Assembly: GCA_016871475.1 (NCBI GenBank)
Contig: VHDG01000001.1
Span: 1-52,082 of the forward strand
Length of the DNA: 52,082 bases
Direction of reading: 5' to 3'
DNA from: Verrucomicrobiota bacterium
GTDB lineage: Bacteria > Verrucomicrobiota > Verrucomicrobiia > Limisphaerales > UBA11320
Shown: in pieces, positions 9,701 to 17,461 of the stretch
Numbering within the stretch: the first letter of the stretch is position 1
Layout of the letters: every line of letters begins with the position of its first letter
The notes under the pieces: model-generated
Told to the model about the DNA's origin: nothing
What the model saw: the letters and a program-made list of their open reading frames with translations, nothing else
The model's database searches: none
Program-made: the position numbers and the translations under genes

Positions 9701-11390
9701 ACCACTGGTAGCTGAACGGCGCGGCGCCCACGGCGGCGACGGTGAACGTCACGTCGTCGCCTTCGTTGACCTTTTGGCTGAACGGATGCGTGGCGATCGC
9801 GGGATCGGGGCCTGTCGTCGAAGTAGTGATCGTAAACTGCACGCCCTGCAAATCGCCGTACGGCCCCATCAAACTTCCCCCGGGGCCGGACAATGGCAGA
9901 ATCTCCAACCGAAACGAATCTCCCGGTGAATAAGGAACTCCCGCTAATTCCATCGCCGTGGGCGCTCGGTCAAAACTGTTCGGCGTGTCGGACGAACCGC
10001 GGCTCACCACTTGTTCAGCCAGCAGGAACATGTCGTTTTTCCAAATGCGGTACTTCTGTCCGCGAGCGTTGCGTTCGATCGACCAGATTCCTCCGCTGAT
10101 CGTCGCGAACCGGTCCGTCTCACCGGCTGCGGCGGTCCACTTGACGCTGGAAGTTCCGTGCGTCATCACGGCGCCGAAAGGCGCGTCGAGGTTCGGCAAG
10201 TCCTTCGCGTTGTCGATGCGTTTGGCCCAGCCGATGAACGGCGTCGCCGGAATGCCCAGCCAGCCGGGTTGATTCGCGCCGAAAACGCTTTCGACCCAGT
10301 TAAACGAGACCGGTCCCACCACCCCGCCGCCCGCGTCGAGAGCTTGCGAGTATTGCCAGCCGCGCGAGGTGGGATTGGCCTGGAGCGTGAAGTCGTTGGT
10401 CAAGTCATGCACGCTCGGCGTCACCGGCCCCGGCGCATCGATCACCAACACGCCCGCCCGACTCGTCCGGCTCCCACCCGGACTCGTGACGACAACACGG
10501 TAGCTGCCTCCGTCGGCTGGACTGACCGACGCAATGGAGTGCGACGGGCCCGTCGCCCCCGGGACATCCACGCCATTCTGTTGCCATTGGTAGGTGAGCG
10601 GCGCCGACCCGGACGCCGTGGCCGAGAAAGTGACCGCGCTGCCCGCGACCACAAGCTGGCTTTGCGGATGGGCTGAGATAAACGGATCCGTGGTCGCCGT
10701 GGTCGTGATCGTGAAACGAACCGCAACGAAATCGTTCTGTAGAATTTCGAGCCGAAAGAAATCGCCCGGGTGATACGGAATGTCCCGCAAATCGGCGCTG
10801 CCACCGCTGCCGGACTCCAGGCTCAACGGCTGATCAGAAGTGCCGGTGAGATCGTCGATCGTGCCTTGTGACAGCACCGAGTCGTTCTTTAAAAGTCGCC
10901 ACGTGCCGCTGCGATTGAAGTGGCGAATATTCCAAAGCCCGCCGCTGATCGTTGCGAACCGATCGGTGTCGCCGGGCGGCGATTTCCACAGAACGCTGGT
11001 GTTGCCGTGCGTCAGGATCGTCCCGACGGGGTCGTCGTAGGTGGGCGTGTCATTGCCGTTGTCGATGCGCAAGGCCCAGCCCGCGTGCGCCCCGGAGCGC
11101 ATCCCGAGCCAACCTGGCTGCCCCGGCCCGAAATCGGGCGCGTTCCAATTGTCCCCGCGCGCGCCGACTGGTCCGCCGCCATTGGCGACCGACTCGCTGT
11201 ACTGCCAGCCGCCGGACGTCGGGTTGGCGTCGAGACTGAAATCGGCGGCCACGTCATGCACCGCCCCTGGGAGGTGCAGCGGTGAGAAAATGTTCGCCAA
11301 TAGTCCGGCTAGGACGGCCGCCATTGCTCTCGGGATTATTGCTTTCGATTGCGTCTTCATAATTAATATGTGGTTTTCTGAGTTATTCAC
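6759..11390 (-). CDS. Secreted repeat protein: 6 A-modules + 3 Ig-like domains + C-terminal FYRL domain
   Basis: 1543 aa. Hydrophobic N-terminus; an alternative start MKTQSK lies at 11360. Architecture is A-Ig-A-Ig-A-A-Ig-A-A-Cterm. The Ig-like domains carry the PLxYQW..G.Y.V.VSN pattern. It ends ..AAKFYRLIRR. Confidence 0.9.
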   Translation of the reverse strand: MNNSENHILIMKTQSKAIIPRAMAAVLAGLLANIFSPLHLPGAVHDVAADFSLDANPTSGGWQYSESVANGGGPVGARGDNWNAPDFGPGQPGWLGMRSGAHAGWALRIDNGNDTPTYDDPVGTILTHGNTSVLWKSPPGDTDRFATISGGLWNIRHFNRSGTWRLLKNDSVLSQGTIDDLTGTSDQPLSLESGSGGSADLRDIPYHPGDFFRLEILQNDFVAVRFTITTTATTDPFISAHPQSQLVVAGSAVTFSATASGSAPLTYQWQQNGVDVPGATGPSHSIASVSPADGGSYRVVVTSPGGSRTSRAGVLVIDAPGPVTPSVHDLTNDFTLQANPTSRGWQYSQALDAGGGVVGPVSFNWVESVFGANQPGWLGIPATPFIGWAKRIDNAKDLPNLDAPFGAVMTHGTSSVKWTAAAGETDRFATISGGIWSIERNARGQKYRIWKNDMFLLAEQVVSRGSSDTPNSFDRAPTAMELAGVPYSPGDSFRLEILPLSGPGGSLMGPYGDLQGVQFTITTSTTGPDPAIATHPFSQKVNEGDDVTFTVAAVGAAPFSYQWFYEGVEIAGETGASLALNDVAFERSGTYTVQVSNGNGSRTSLPANLQVTPRPDSVSGARHDLSADFSLDANPTATGWQYSESIANGGGPVGNVVPNWNQPDFGPSQPGWVGVRAGAHAGWAKRIDNGSPTPTYDDPVGSIITHGPTSVMWTAPPDDRGGVADIRGSLWNIRHLNRPSNWRILKNDTELLTDGVVDDNSGDSRSPLNFANGSSGPNALRNIPYQAGDSFRFEVASVGVNDFVALNMTIITRQLHDASADFSLEANPTSTGWQYSRALADGGGIVGPVTPNWNQPDFGGGQPGWQGASPPGAHAGWARRVDNGNPTPPLDDPEGTIMTHGRTSLLWRAPGNDPGGLADLSGGLWNLRRLNRSGTWRLWKNDTILITSGAINDDSGASGNPLNLAAGDSGPGGLRGIRYRAGDTFRLEVLEEDFVGVRLRISTYPVPADPIVSRHPDDQTVIAGGDATFSIRALGTSPISFQWQFKGADLPGQTSSTLTLTGVSFAQAGQYRAVVSNAVGVVLSDEATLTVKAPPPAIKGTRHSLAADFKLDANPTSDGWQYSESLGNGGGPVGPVVQNWNQPDFGANQPGWVGARAGAHAGWARRVDNGNATPSYDDPPGTILTHGATSVLWKAPANDRGGVADISGGLWNIRHFGRSGTWRLWHNDTILISEGIIDDSQGTSAAPKSFATGSGGESALRGIAYGAGDTFRLEILAGDFVAVDFALTTRKVHDLVADFALDANPTATGWQYSESLGNGGGPVGAAVENWNQPDFGAGQTGWVGARAGAHAGWAKRIDNGNATPNYDDPIGSVLTHGPTSVLWTAPPNDPGGVACLAGGFWNIRQFGRSGLWRLWGNETNLLSEGTINDSSGTSTSPKGLNSGSGGAAALLDLPYSAGDSFRLEILQGDFVSVQFSIATYTPDPPLTVAIRVAGTNVEISWTGAGTLQEADAVTGAWSDSANANNPHVVPPTMAAKFYRLIRR
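6954..7520 (-). repeat. A-module copy M6 (aa 1291-1479), directly abutting M5
   Basis: [100 protein letters not shown]. Confidence 0.85.
7524..8090 (-). repeat. A-module copy M5 (aa 1101-1289)
   Basis: DFKLDANPTSDGWQYSES..NWNQPDFGANQPGW..HAGWARRVDNGNATPSYDDPPG..THG..GGLWNIRHFGRSGTWRLWHND..GDTFRLEILAGDFVAVDFALTT. Confidence 0.85.
8382..8951 (-). repeat. A-module copy M4 (aa 814-1003), directly abutting M3
   Basis: DFSLEANPTSTGWQYSRA..NWNQPDFGGGQPGW..HAGWARRVDNGNPTP..THG..GGLWNLRRLNRSGTWRLWKND..GDTFRLEVLEEDFVGVRLRIST. Confidence 0.85.
8955..9527 (-). repeat. A-module copy M3 (aa 622-812)
   Basis: DFSLDANPTATGWQYSES..NWNQPDFGPSQPGW..HAGWAKRIDNGSPTPTYDDPVG..THG..GSLWNIRHLNRPSNWRILKND..GDSFRFEV. 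Confidence 0.85.
9822..10412 (-). repeat. A-module copy M2 (aa 327-523), the most divergent copy in this protein
   Basis: [80 protein letters not shown], plus an extra ~10-aa loop. Confidence 0.8.
10701..11261 (-). repeat. A-module copy M1 (aa 44-230)
   Basis: DFSLDANPTSGGWQYSES..NWNAPDFGPGQPGW..HAGWALRIDNGNDTPTYDDPVG..THG..GGLWNIRHFNRSGTWRLLKND..GDFFRLEILQNDFVAVRFTITT. Confidence 0.85.
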
Positions 11391-11473
11391 TGTTCAGTTT
11401 CGGTCGCCGTCGGGTGGGTCTCACCAGCGATGGCAACAAATCTTTTTTTCCCATACGGCGCTTCAGCTGCTTC

Positions 11474-14400
11474 TTAACGCTCTCTGAGCCGGAAGAAGCG
11501 AGTGGGACCGCTCAGGCTCTGTCCAACGTGGATCTCATTGCCCACTTGCGTTTGGGGTCCGCTCGCTCCGATCCAAGGGCCCTGGATGGCCGTGGCCGCT
11601 TCGAGAATGTGATTCGTGAACGGGGCGGCCCAACTCAGTTGGAGCGATAGCCCCTGCGCCCGCGCGATCAGCCTCGGACGCGGAACAACGGTGAACGTCG
11701 CCTCGGCAAGATCAGTCCAGTTTCCGTTCGCGAGCGTCTGGCCCACGGGAAGGATGGCGGCGGCCCTCAGTATTCCGGCCTGCTGAATGGAAATCGGTTC
11801 GGTGTAAAGTTGTCGACTCAGCGAAAGTCGCGGGTCAGAGCCGTCCAACGTGACGTAAGCGAGCCAGCCGGGTTGCGTGGTGAGGCTCACCGTGGTCCCC
11901 GGCTGCACTTCGCCGTTCGCCAGCGAGAGCGCGGGCGTCTTGTCCGGAGACGGCAGGCCCGTCGAAGCGAGCGCGAGGAAGTTCGAGAGAGAGCGGCGTT
12001 GGCTCGTCAACACGTTAGTGGCTTCGTTAATGCTGGTGCGGATCGTACTCCAACGAGCCAGGTCCGCCGTGCGGTCTGGCGTCATGAGCGTGAACAGTTC
12101 CCGGATGCGCGGAATGATGACCTCGAGCTTCATGACGTCGCGAACCATCTTGCGCAGGGTGAGCAGATAGATGCGGCGCAAGGTGGGATTCGTCGAGACC
12201 CGTTGATACAGCTTGCCGCGTTGCCACGCCGGATTGTCGCCGCCGCCGCCGTCGCCGTAGAGGGCGCGGATTTGGCCCACGCGCCCGAAGGTGAACCCGG
12301 AATCGAAGTCGTAGCCGAGCATCTTCCACTTGCCGCCCGGCTCGCCGGGAAGAAACAGGTAGTAGTTGTGGCCGGTGAAGTCATCGATGTTCATGCACAC
12401 GTTGAGCGCCCAGCGCTTGAACCATTGGTCCAGGTCCACGTGCGCATCGAGCCACGGCAGCAACTGGGCATCGGACATGTCGTTCAGCGCATCGACCAGT
12501 TCGCGCAGCGAGTCCGGCGGCTCGAGAGGACGCACCTTCTTGTTATACGCGCCCCAATAGTCGTAATCCGTGACGATCTGATTGTGGAACAGGTCGGAGT
12601 TCTTCCACTGCGCGGGCGTTTCGACCGTTCGGCCTTTGTACACCTCGCCGCCTTCATGGTGGCCGTGCTTGCCCAGCCAGCGTCCGGTCGGGCTTTCGAA
12701 GCCGATGTACACGCCCCAGAACGAGCCGTTGATGTGCAAACGCACCAGTTCGTGTTGCAAGTTATCAATGCCCGCTGAGTCAAACAGCTCGAAGGCGATC
12801 TTCTGCTCCAGCGGAATCGAGTACATCGTGTCGTAGGTGCGGTTGGTCTTGTAGAGATGGTCCTTGTTGAATTGGAATTTCCACGGACGCTTCGGATCGT
12901 CGCGCGAACGGCGCCCGCGATACCGCGCGCCCACGTGCGGATAGGCGATGTGGTCGATCACCAGCGAGCAATCGACGTAGTCGTCCGAGCGCGGATTGGC
13001 ATTGAGCCTGTTCAGATTCGCCGTCGGGATGAACAGGTGAAACAGCGTGCTGCGCGTATTGATCTCGCCGTTATAGTGGAAATAAGCCTGCGTGGGCGAT
13101 GGGTCGTCTGCGTAAGGAAACTGTGTCGTCACGCCGCGCGTGTCGGTGGCCACGACCTGGTAATGCACGAGTGTTTGGGACGCCCTGGCAGGAACCCAAA
13201 CGCCGAAGACACCATCGTTCGCCACACCGTCGCCGTGCAGGCCATCATCGAACATCTCGAGCCACGTCTCGTTCGTCGCGGCGTTCATCATGGTCTTAAG
13301 CTGGACCGACTCAAGCGGCGCTTCGCCTTGGACGCGGGCGGTGACCAACACGTCGTTCGTCGAGGCGGGCTTATCGGGAAAGTGCGTTAAGCCATCGACC
13401 AACGGTGGCAATGGCTCGGCTCCCACCGAATTGAGCCGGCCCGGGGTGCCGCAGCCGATGAACCCGGCCACCGGCGGCGCGATGATGGGCGGCGCCACCG
13501 ATTCGCCAAACGCCAGCGAAATATCGTAGCCGACGTAATCGTCGGAGCGATTCGGCGCCAGCGGCGTTGCGCCGAATTTGAGGACATCACCGGCCACGAC
13601 GTTCACGATCAACGCGCTCGGCCCCTTGCTTCCCGTTTCGAATGACAGCGGTGAGCGCGAGTTGATGGTGAGGTTGGTGTTGAATAAATCGCCGGCGGTG
13701 ATTTCGGTGTTGTTGAGTTTGATGTACCAGTGCTGACTGCGTCCGATGCGGCGCAGGAGCCAAACACCGCCCGAGATGGTCACGCGTTGGCTGGAGGATG
13801 CGGTCCACCAAACTTCGGACGGACCGTACGACATGACCGAGCCTGTCGGGAAATCATACTCCGGACGTGGGGCGCCGGGCGCTTTCGACGAGCCGGTGCT
13901 TTTGCACCAGCCCGGAGTGCCGGTCGTGCCGCCAGCGGTCCACGCCGGCTGATTCGTGCCGAGATCGGCCGTGCGCCAGCGGGCAACGCGCGCGGTGATG
14001 ACCGTGCCGGTCCGATGCCGGTAACTCCATCCGTAGCTGGGGTTCAGCCAGTCGCTCCAGTCTTTCGCCAAGTTGTGAATTCCGCCGGAGGCCGCTATGA
14101 GCGGCGAGAACCCCGCTCCGGCAAATCCAATTGTAACCGCGTCGGCTCCCTTCTGAAAACTCGCGCGGCACGTGATCGTGTAACTCTGGCCGATCGTGAT
14201 ACCGGGGACGTTCGCCACACCGACGTAGTTGGACTCGCCATCGCCCGCACCTTGAGCAATCACCAGAAAACTCCCCCTGCCATCGAACGCTGCGTCGTCC
14301 GTTCGGCGTGACGTCGAATGGTTCCCGACCTTGGTCCAGCCGGAGTCGTCCGGCTCGAAGGAACCATTCGCCAGCAGGTTGGCGCCGCCGACTGCCGGAC

Positions 14401-15643
14401 GAACTTCCACTTGATCCACCAGCCATTCGCCTGCGCCGTTCAGCGCGACGAAGAGCTTGTCCGACATCGCGATGCCCGTCGCCGTGATCGTTTGCCACGC
14501 CACATGGGCTTGGGCCAATCTGCCGCGGCTGGCGCGCCAATTCGCCGCCGTGCTGTTATCCCTGTGAGGATTGATGCATTCGAGCGAGTAGCCGAATTCG
14601 TCCGGTCCAACCGGCCAGGGATGCCGGTCGTTGTAGCGCACCGTGTCCGCCACCCAGCCGAGCGCGTCGCGGAGCGTGAGTCGTTCGCCGCCGTCATCGA
14701 GTACGCCGACGAACGGCCCGACGACATTGGTGATGCCGAAGCGCAACGTTACCGCTTGCGGCACGGCCGCCACGACGAGATGCGCGCCCGCGGCCACCAC
14801 CGTGCCGGGCGGAAACGTGAACGCGATACCTTCAGTGAAAGCCCAGCCCGCGAGGTCCACCGGGTGCGTGCCGCGATTGAACAGCTCGACGTATTCGCCG
14901 AGTTCGTCGTCGCCCGCTTCGTAATATTGACCGGCATTCACGGCGTCGAACTTCTCGCGCAGCTCTTCGCGCTGAGGGAGGTACATGATTTCGTTGATGA
15001 CGATGGCGCTCCCACCGGGAACGCCGGGCTTGTTGGACACCCCGGGCGAATAGGGTTGCCCCACGCTCCAATTGGCCGGGGTATTGTTGTCAACGTCCGG
15101 CGAGATCAGTTCGAGGGACGCACCACCGCCATCGGCTTCACTGGGCCATGGAGCCGAGTCGTCGTACGAAACGAAATCGATCATTCGGCGAGGGCTGCCA
15201 TTGTCCTTGAGCCTGATCGTGTCGTCGCCATTGTCGAGGCGTCCGACGTAATTCCCCAAGATGTTCGTGACGCCGTAGAAAGCACCTGCTGCCGTGGCGT
15301 CGCGCGCAATGACCAGATACGCGCCGCCGAGCAAGATCGTTCCATCGGGAAACGCAAAATCCACACCGCCATCGACGATCCAGCCGGTCAAATCCACCGG
15401 CGTGCCGCCGCGGTTGTAGAGTTCAATGAACTCATCGCCGGTGTTGTTCGGGTCTTGGTGATACAGAATCTCGTTGATTACCACGTCGGTCGGTCCTGCG
15501 ATGAGCCGACTCCCTCCAAACGACATCAACATCAGGCAAACGACGGCAACGCCCTGAATGATAGAGCGAAGCCGAGCACATCGAGCGGTCGAGCGGACGC
15601 CCGCGCAACAATCGAGTGACAGGGGCAACAACTTCACGTTCAT
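11474..15643 (-). CDS. Secreted lamin-tail-domain (LTD x2) / CotH kinase-like protein containing a divergent A-module
   Basis: 1389 aa. LTD motifs VVINEILYHQDP..EFIELYNRG and IVINEIMYLP..YVELFNRG. CBM-like segment NLLANGSFEPDDSGW. CotH-type region YRGRRSRDDPKRPWKFQF..VRLHINGSFWGVYIGFE. CHB_HEX_C-like segment YVTLDGSDP..YTEPISI. It ends ..TRFFRLRER. Confidence 0.9.
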   Translation of the reverse strand: MNVKLLPLSLDCCAGVRSTARCARLRSIIQGVAVVCLMLMSFGGSRLIAGPTDVVINEILYHQDPNNTGDEFIELYNRGGTPVDLTGWIVDGGVDFAFPDGTILLGGAYLVIARDATAAGAFYGVTNILGNYVGRLDNGDDTIRLKDNGSPRRMIDFVSYDDSAPWPSEADGGGASLELISPDVDNNTPANWSVGQPYSPGVSNKPGVPGGSAIVINEIMYLPQREELREKFDAVNAGQYYEAGDDELGEYVELFNRGTHPVDLAGWAFTEGIAFTFPPGTVVAAGAHLVVAAVPQAVTLRFGITNVVGPFVGVLDDGGERLTLRDALGWVADTVRYNDRHPWPVGPDEFGYSLECINPHRDNSTAANWRASRGRLAQAHVAWQTITATGIAMSDKLFVALNGAGEWLVDQVEVRPAVGGANLLANGSFEPDDSGWTKVGNHSTSRRTDDAAFDGRGSFLVIAQGAGDGESNYVGVANVPGITIGQSYTITCRASFQKGADAVTIGFAGAGFSPLIAASGGIHNLAKDWSDWLNPSYGWSYRHRTGTVITARVARWRTADLGTNQPAWTAGGTTGTPGWCKSTGSSKAPGAPRPEYDFPTGSVMSYGPSEVWWTASSSQRVTISGGVWLLRRIGRSQHWYIKLNNTEITAGDLFNTNLTINSRSPLSFETGSKGPSALIVNVVAGDVLKFGATPLAPNRSDDYVGYDISLAFGESVAPPIIAPPVAGFIGCGTPGRLNSVGAEPLPPLVDGLTHFPDKPASTNDVLVTARVQGEAPLESVQLKTMMNAATNETWLEMFDDGLHGDGVANDGVFGVWVPARASQTLVHYQVVATDTRGVTTQFPYADDPSPTQAYFHYNGEINTRSTLFHLFIPTANLNRLNANPRSDDYVDCSLVIDHIAYPHVGARYRGRRSRDDPKRPWKFQFNKDHLYKTNRTYDTMYSIPLEQKIAFELFDSAGIDNLQHELVRLHINGSFWGVYIGFESPTGRWLGKHGHHEGGEVYKGRTVETPAQWKNSDLFHNQIVTDYDYWGAYNKKVRPLEPPDSLRELVDALNDMSDAQLLPWLDAHVDLDQWFKRWALNVCMNIDDFTGHNYYLFLPGEPGGKWKMLGYDFDSGFTFGRVGQIRALYGDGGGGDNPAWQRGKLYQRVSTNPTLRRIYLLTLRKMVRDVMKLEVIIPRIRELFTLMTPDRTADLARWSTIRTSINEATNVLTSQRRSLSNFLALASTGLPSPDKTPALSLANGEVQPGTTVSLTTQPGWLAYVTLDGSDPRLSLSRQLYTEPISIQQAGILRAAAILPVGQTLANGNWTDLAEATFTVVPRPRLIARAQGLSLQLSWAAPFTNHILEAATAIQGPWIGASGPQTQVGNEIHVGQSLSGPTRFFRLRER
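13508..14083 (-). repeat. Divergent A-module-like segment (aa 521-712 of the LTD-CotH protein)
   Basis: It keeps the order and spacing of the module landmarks: DWSDWLNPSYGWSY.., LGTNQPAW, TPGW, FPTGSVMSYGPSEVWWTA, ISGGVWLLRRIGRSQHWYIKLNN, and GDVLKF near the end. Confidence 0.5.
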
Positions 15644-15946
15644 GAATCCGACCCAGTTGATTTCTGGTCAGCCATCACTGGCGCGCCAGAAAAGCAGTGA
15701 TTCCAAGGGGCCCGACATAAACTTCCAACTTTGTCTCCACCGAAAGCCCGCTTTTCAGAACGATGTCGTCAGGCCACGCCGAGCCGCGGAACCCCAACAC
15801 CCACACTTCCAACCGCCTAACCAAAACGAGAACAGACGAAACCGCTGAAGTGCGGCACCTTTCAGGCAAAGTTTTGGGTTATATAAAAAAAATAACACTT
15901 TCCAGCCTTTTGATCAAGCAAAACTTATTGCGAAAAACACTTCGAA

Positions 15947-17440
15947 TCAGTTGATCAAGTCAGTGGTCACCGTCGCGCTCGTGATGTCCGCATCGGTCAA
16001 CGTTTCATCGCGACCAAGGTGTTGAAAGGCCAGTCGGCGATGATCCAAGCCCATCTGCCAGAGGACCGTGGCGTGCACATCACTCACTCCCATCTTCTGA
16101 CTTGTCACTTGGTAGCCCAGCTCGTCCGTGTGGCCATAGACGAAACCGCGCTTGAATCCGCCTCCGGCCAGCCAGACAGCGCCTGCATGCCGGTTATGAT
16201 CACGTCCGCCCTGTCCTTGCGTGATGGGCAACCGCCCGAACTCTCCGCCCCACAGCACCACGGTCGAATCAAGCAGCCCCCGGGCTCGCAAGTCTCGGAT
16301 CAGCGCGGCGCTCGGCGCATCCGTCGCGGCACAGGCCTTGGCGAGACCGCCTTTCACGTCTCCGTGATGATCCCAATTCGCGTCTCGGACCGGGGCAAAC
16401 ACCAACACGAAGCGCACGCCGGCTTCGACCAGTCGCCGCGCCATGAGTAGCCGGCGCGCATAGCCCGCTCGAGCCGGATTGGAACTGTCCAAACCATAGA
16501 GCTGCCGGGTGGCGGCAGACTCGCGGGAAAGGTCCGCGACGTCCACGGCTTCGAGTTGCATGCGGGCGGCTAGCTCATAGTTGCGAATCCGCGCGTCGAG
16601 TTCGGCCTCGTTGGGATTCCGGTTCTGATGCCGTCGGTTAAGCTGGGCCAGGAACTCGAGGTTTCGGCGTTGCACGGCGGCGGGCACGGGCACGGCGGGG
16701 GAAAGGTTTTGCACGGGTGTTCCCTTGGGGTTGAACTCCGTGCCACCAAAGATCGGCGACAACCAGCCCGGTTGATACATCAGTTTGCCGCTGGTGGGAA
16801 ATCCCTCGGGATCCCGCAGGACGACGAACGCGGGCAGATTCTGATTCTCGCTGCCCAGGCCGTAGGCGATCCATGCGCCCAGCGTCGGACGTCCGGGCAG
16901 AATCTTGCCACTGGCGAATTGGATGATCGCTTCGGTGTGATTATTGTTGTCGCTCACCATGGAGCGCACCAGGCAGATTTCGTCCGCCACGCCACCGATC
17001 TCGGGCAGCAGCTCGGACAATTCCATGCCGCAATTGCCGTAGCGCCGAAACGGATAGACCGAGCCGAGCAGCTTGTTGGTGTTGCCTTGCTGAAACGTTT
17101 CAAAGTTGCCGCCATGCGCTTCGCCATTGCGACGCTCCAGCTCCGGCTTGCGATCGAACAGGTCCATGTTGCTCGGCCCGCCGGTCTGCATCAGCATGAT
17201 CATTGCCCGAGCTGGTGCGCGGGACTGGGGCGCTCGCGGACGCAGGTCGAGATGCGGCCGGCTGCTCGCCCGTCCAGTGCTCTCACCCGCCAGATACGAC
17301 AGGGCGAAGGCCCCCAGCCCAAGGCCACAACGATGCAGCAGATCGCGACGGGACAACGGGCCCAACTCGGCCCGTGCAAGGAGTGAGGAGAGATCGCTCG
17401 TGGCTGACGGCGCCGATCGGGGTGAGAGAGGAGAGATCAT
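15947..17440 (-). CDS. DUF1501 family protein, pair 2
   Basis: 497 aa. Twin-arginine-like LSRRDLLHRCGLGLGAFAL. Blocks MQTGGPSNMDLFDRKP, WDHHG, GEFGRLP and GRDHNRH. Starts 21 bp after the upstream DUF1553 gene. Confidence 0.92.
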   Translation of the reverse strand: MISPLSPRSAPSATSDLSSLLARAELGPLSRRDLLHRCGLGLGAFALSYLAGESTGRASSRPHLDLRPRAPQSRAPARAMIMLMQTGGPSNMDLFDRKPELERRNGEAHGGNFETFQQGNTNKLLGSVYPFRRYGNCGMELSELLPEIGGVADEICLVRSMVSDNNNHTEAIIQFASGKILPGRPTLGAWIAYGLGSENQNLPAFVVLRDPEGFPTSGKLMYQPGWLSPIFGGTEFNPKGTPVQNLSPAVPVPAAVQRRNLEFLAQLNRRHQNRNPNEAELDARIRNYELAARMQLEAVDVADLSRESAATRQLYGLDSSNPARAGYARRLLMARRLVEAGVRFVLVFAPVRDANWDHHGDVKGGLAKACAATDAPSAALIRDLRARGLLDSTVVLWGGEFGRLPITQGQGGRDHNRHAGAVWLAGGGFKRGFVYGHTDELGYQVTSQKMGVSDVHATVLWQMGLDHRRLAFQHLGRDETLTDADITSATVTTDLIN

Positions 17441-17461
17441 GGCGAATACACTTTTGCGCGC

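Noticed and set aside
6954-11261. The conserved His/Asp positions of the module (HAGW, DNG, THG) considered as a catalytic or metal-binding site.
   Set aside because: HAGW is replaced in M2 (FIGW). In the CotH-embedded copy, HAGW, THG and DNG are all lost (TPGW, SYG), while the aromatic and Gly scaffold positions persist. A binding or structural role therefore fits better, although this is not proven.
6900-11300. Regular ~570-nt DNA periodicity that could suggest a CRISPR array or a satellite repeat.
   Set aside because: The repeats are long, diverged, in frame and translate to a conserved protein module. They have no short identical direct repeats with unique spacers.
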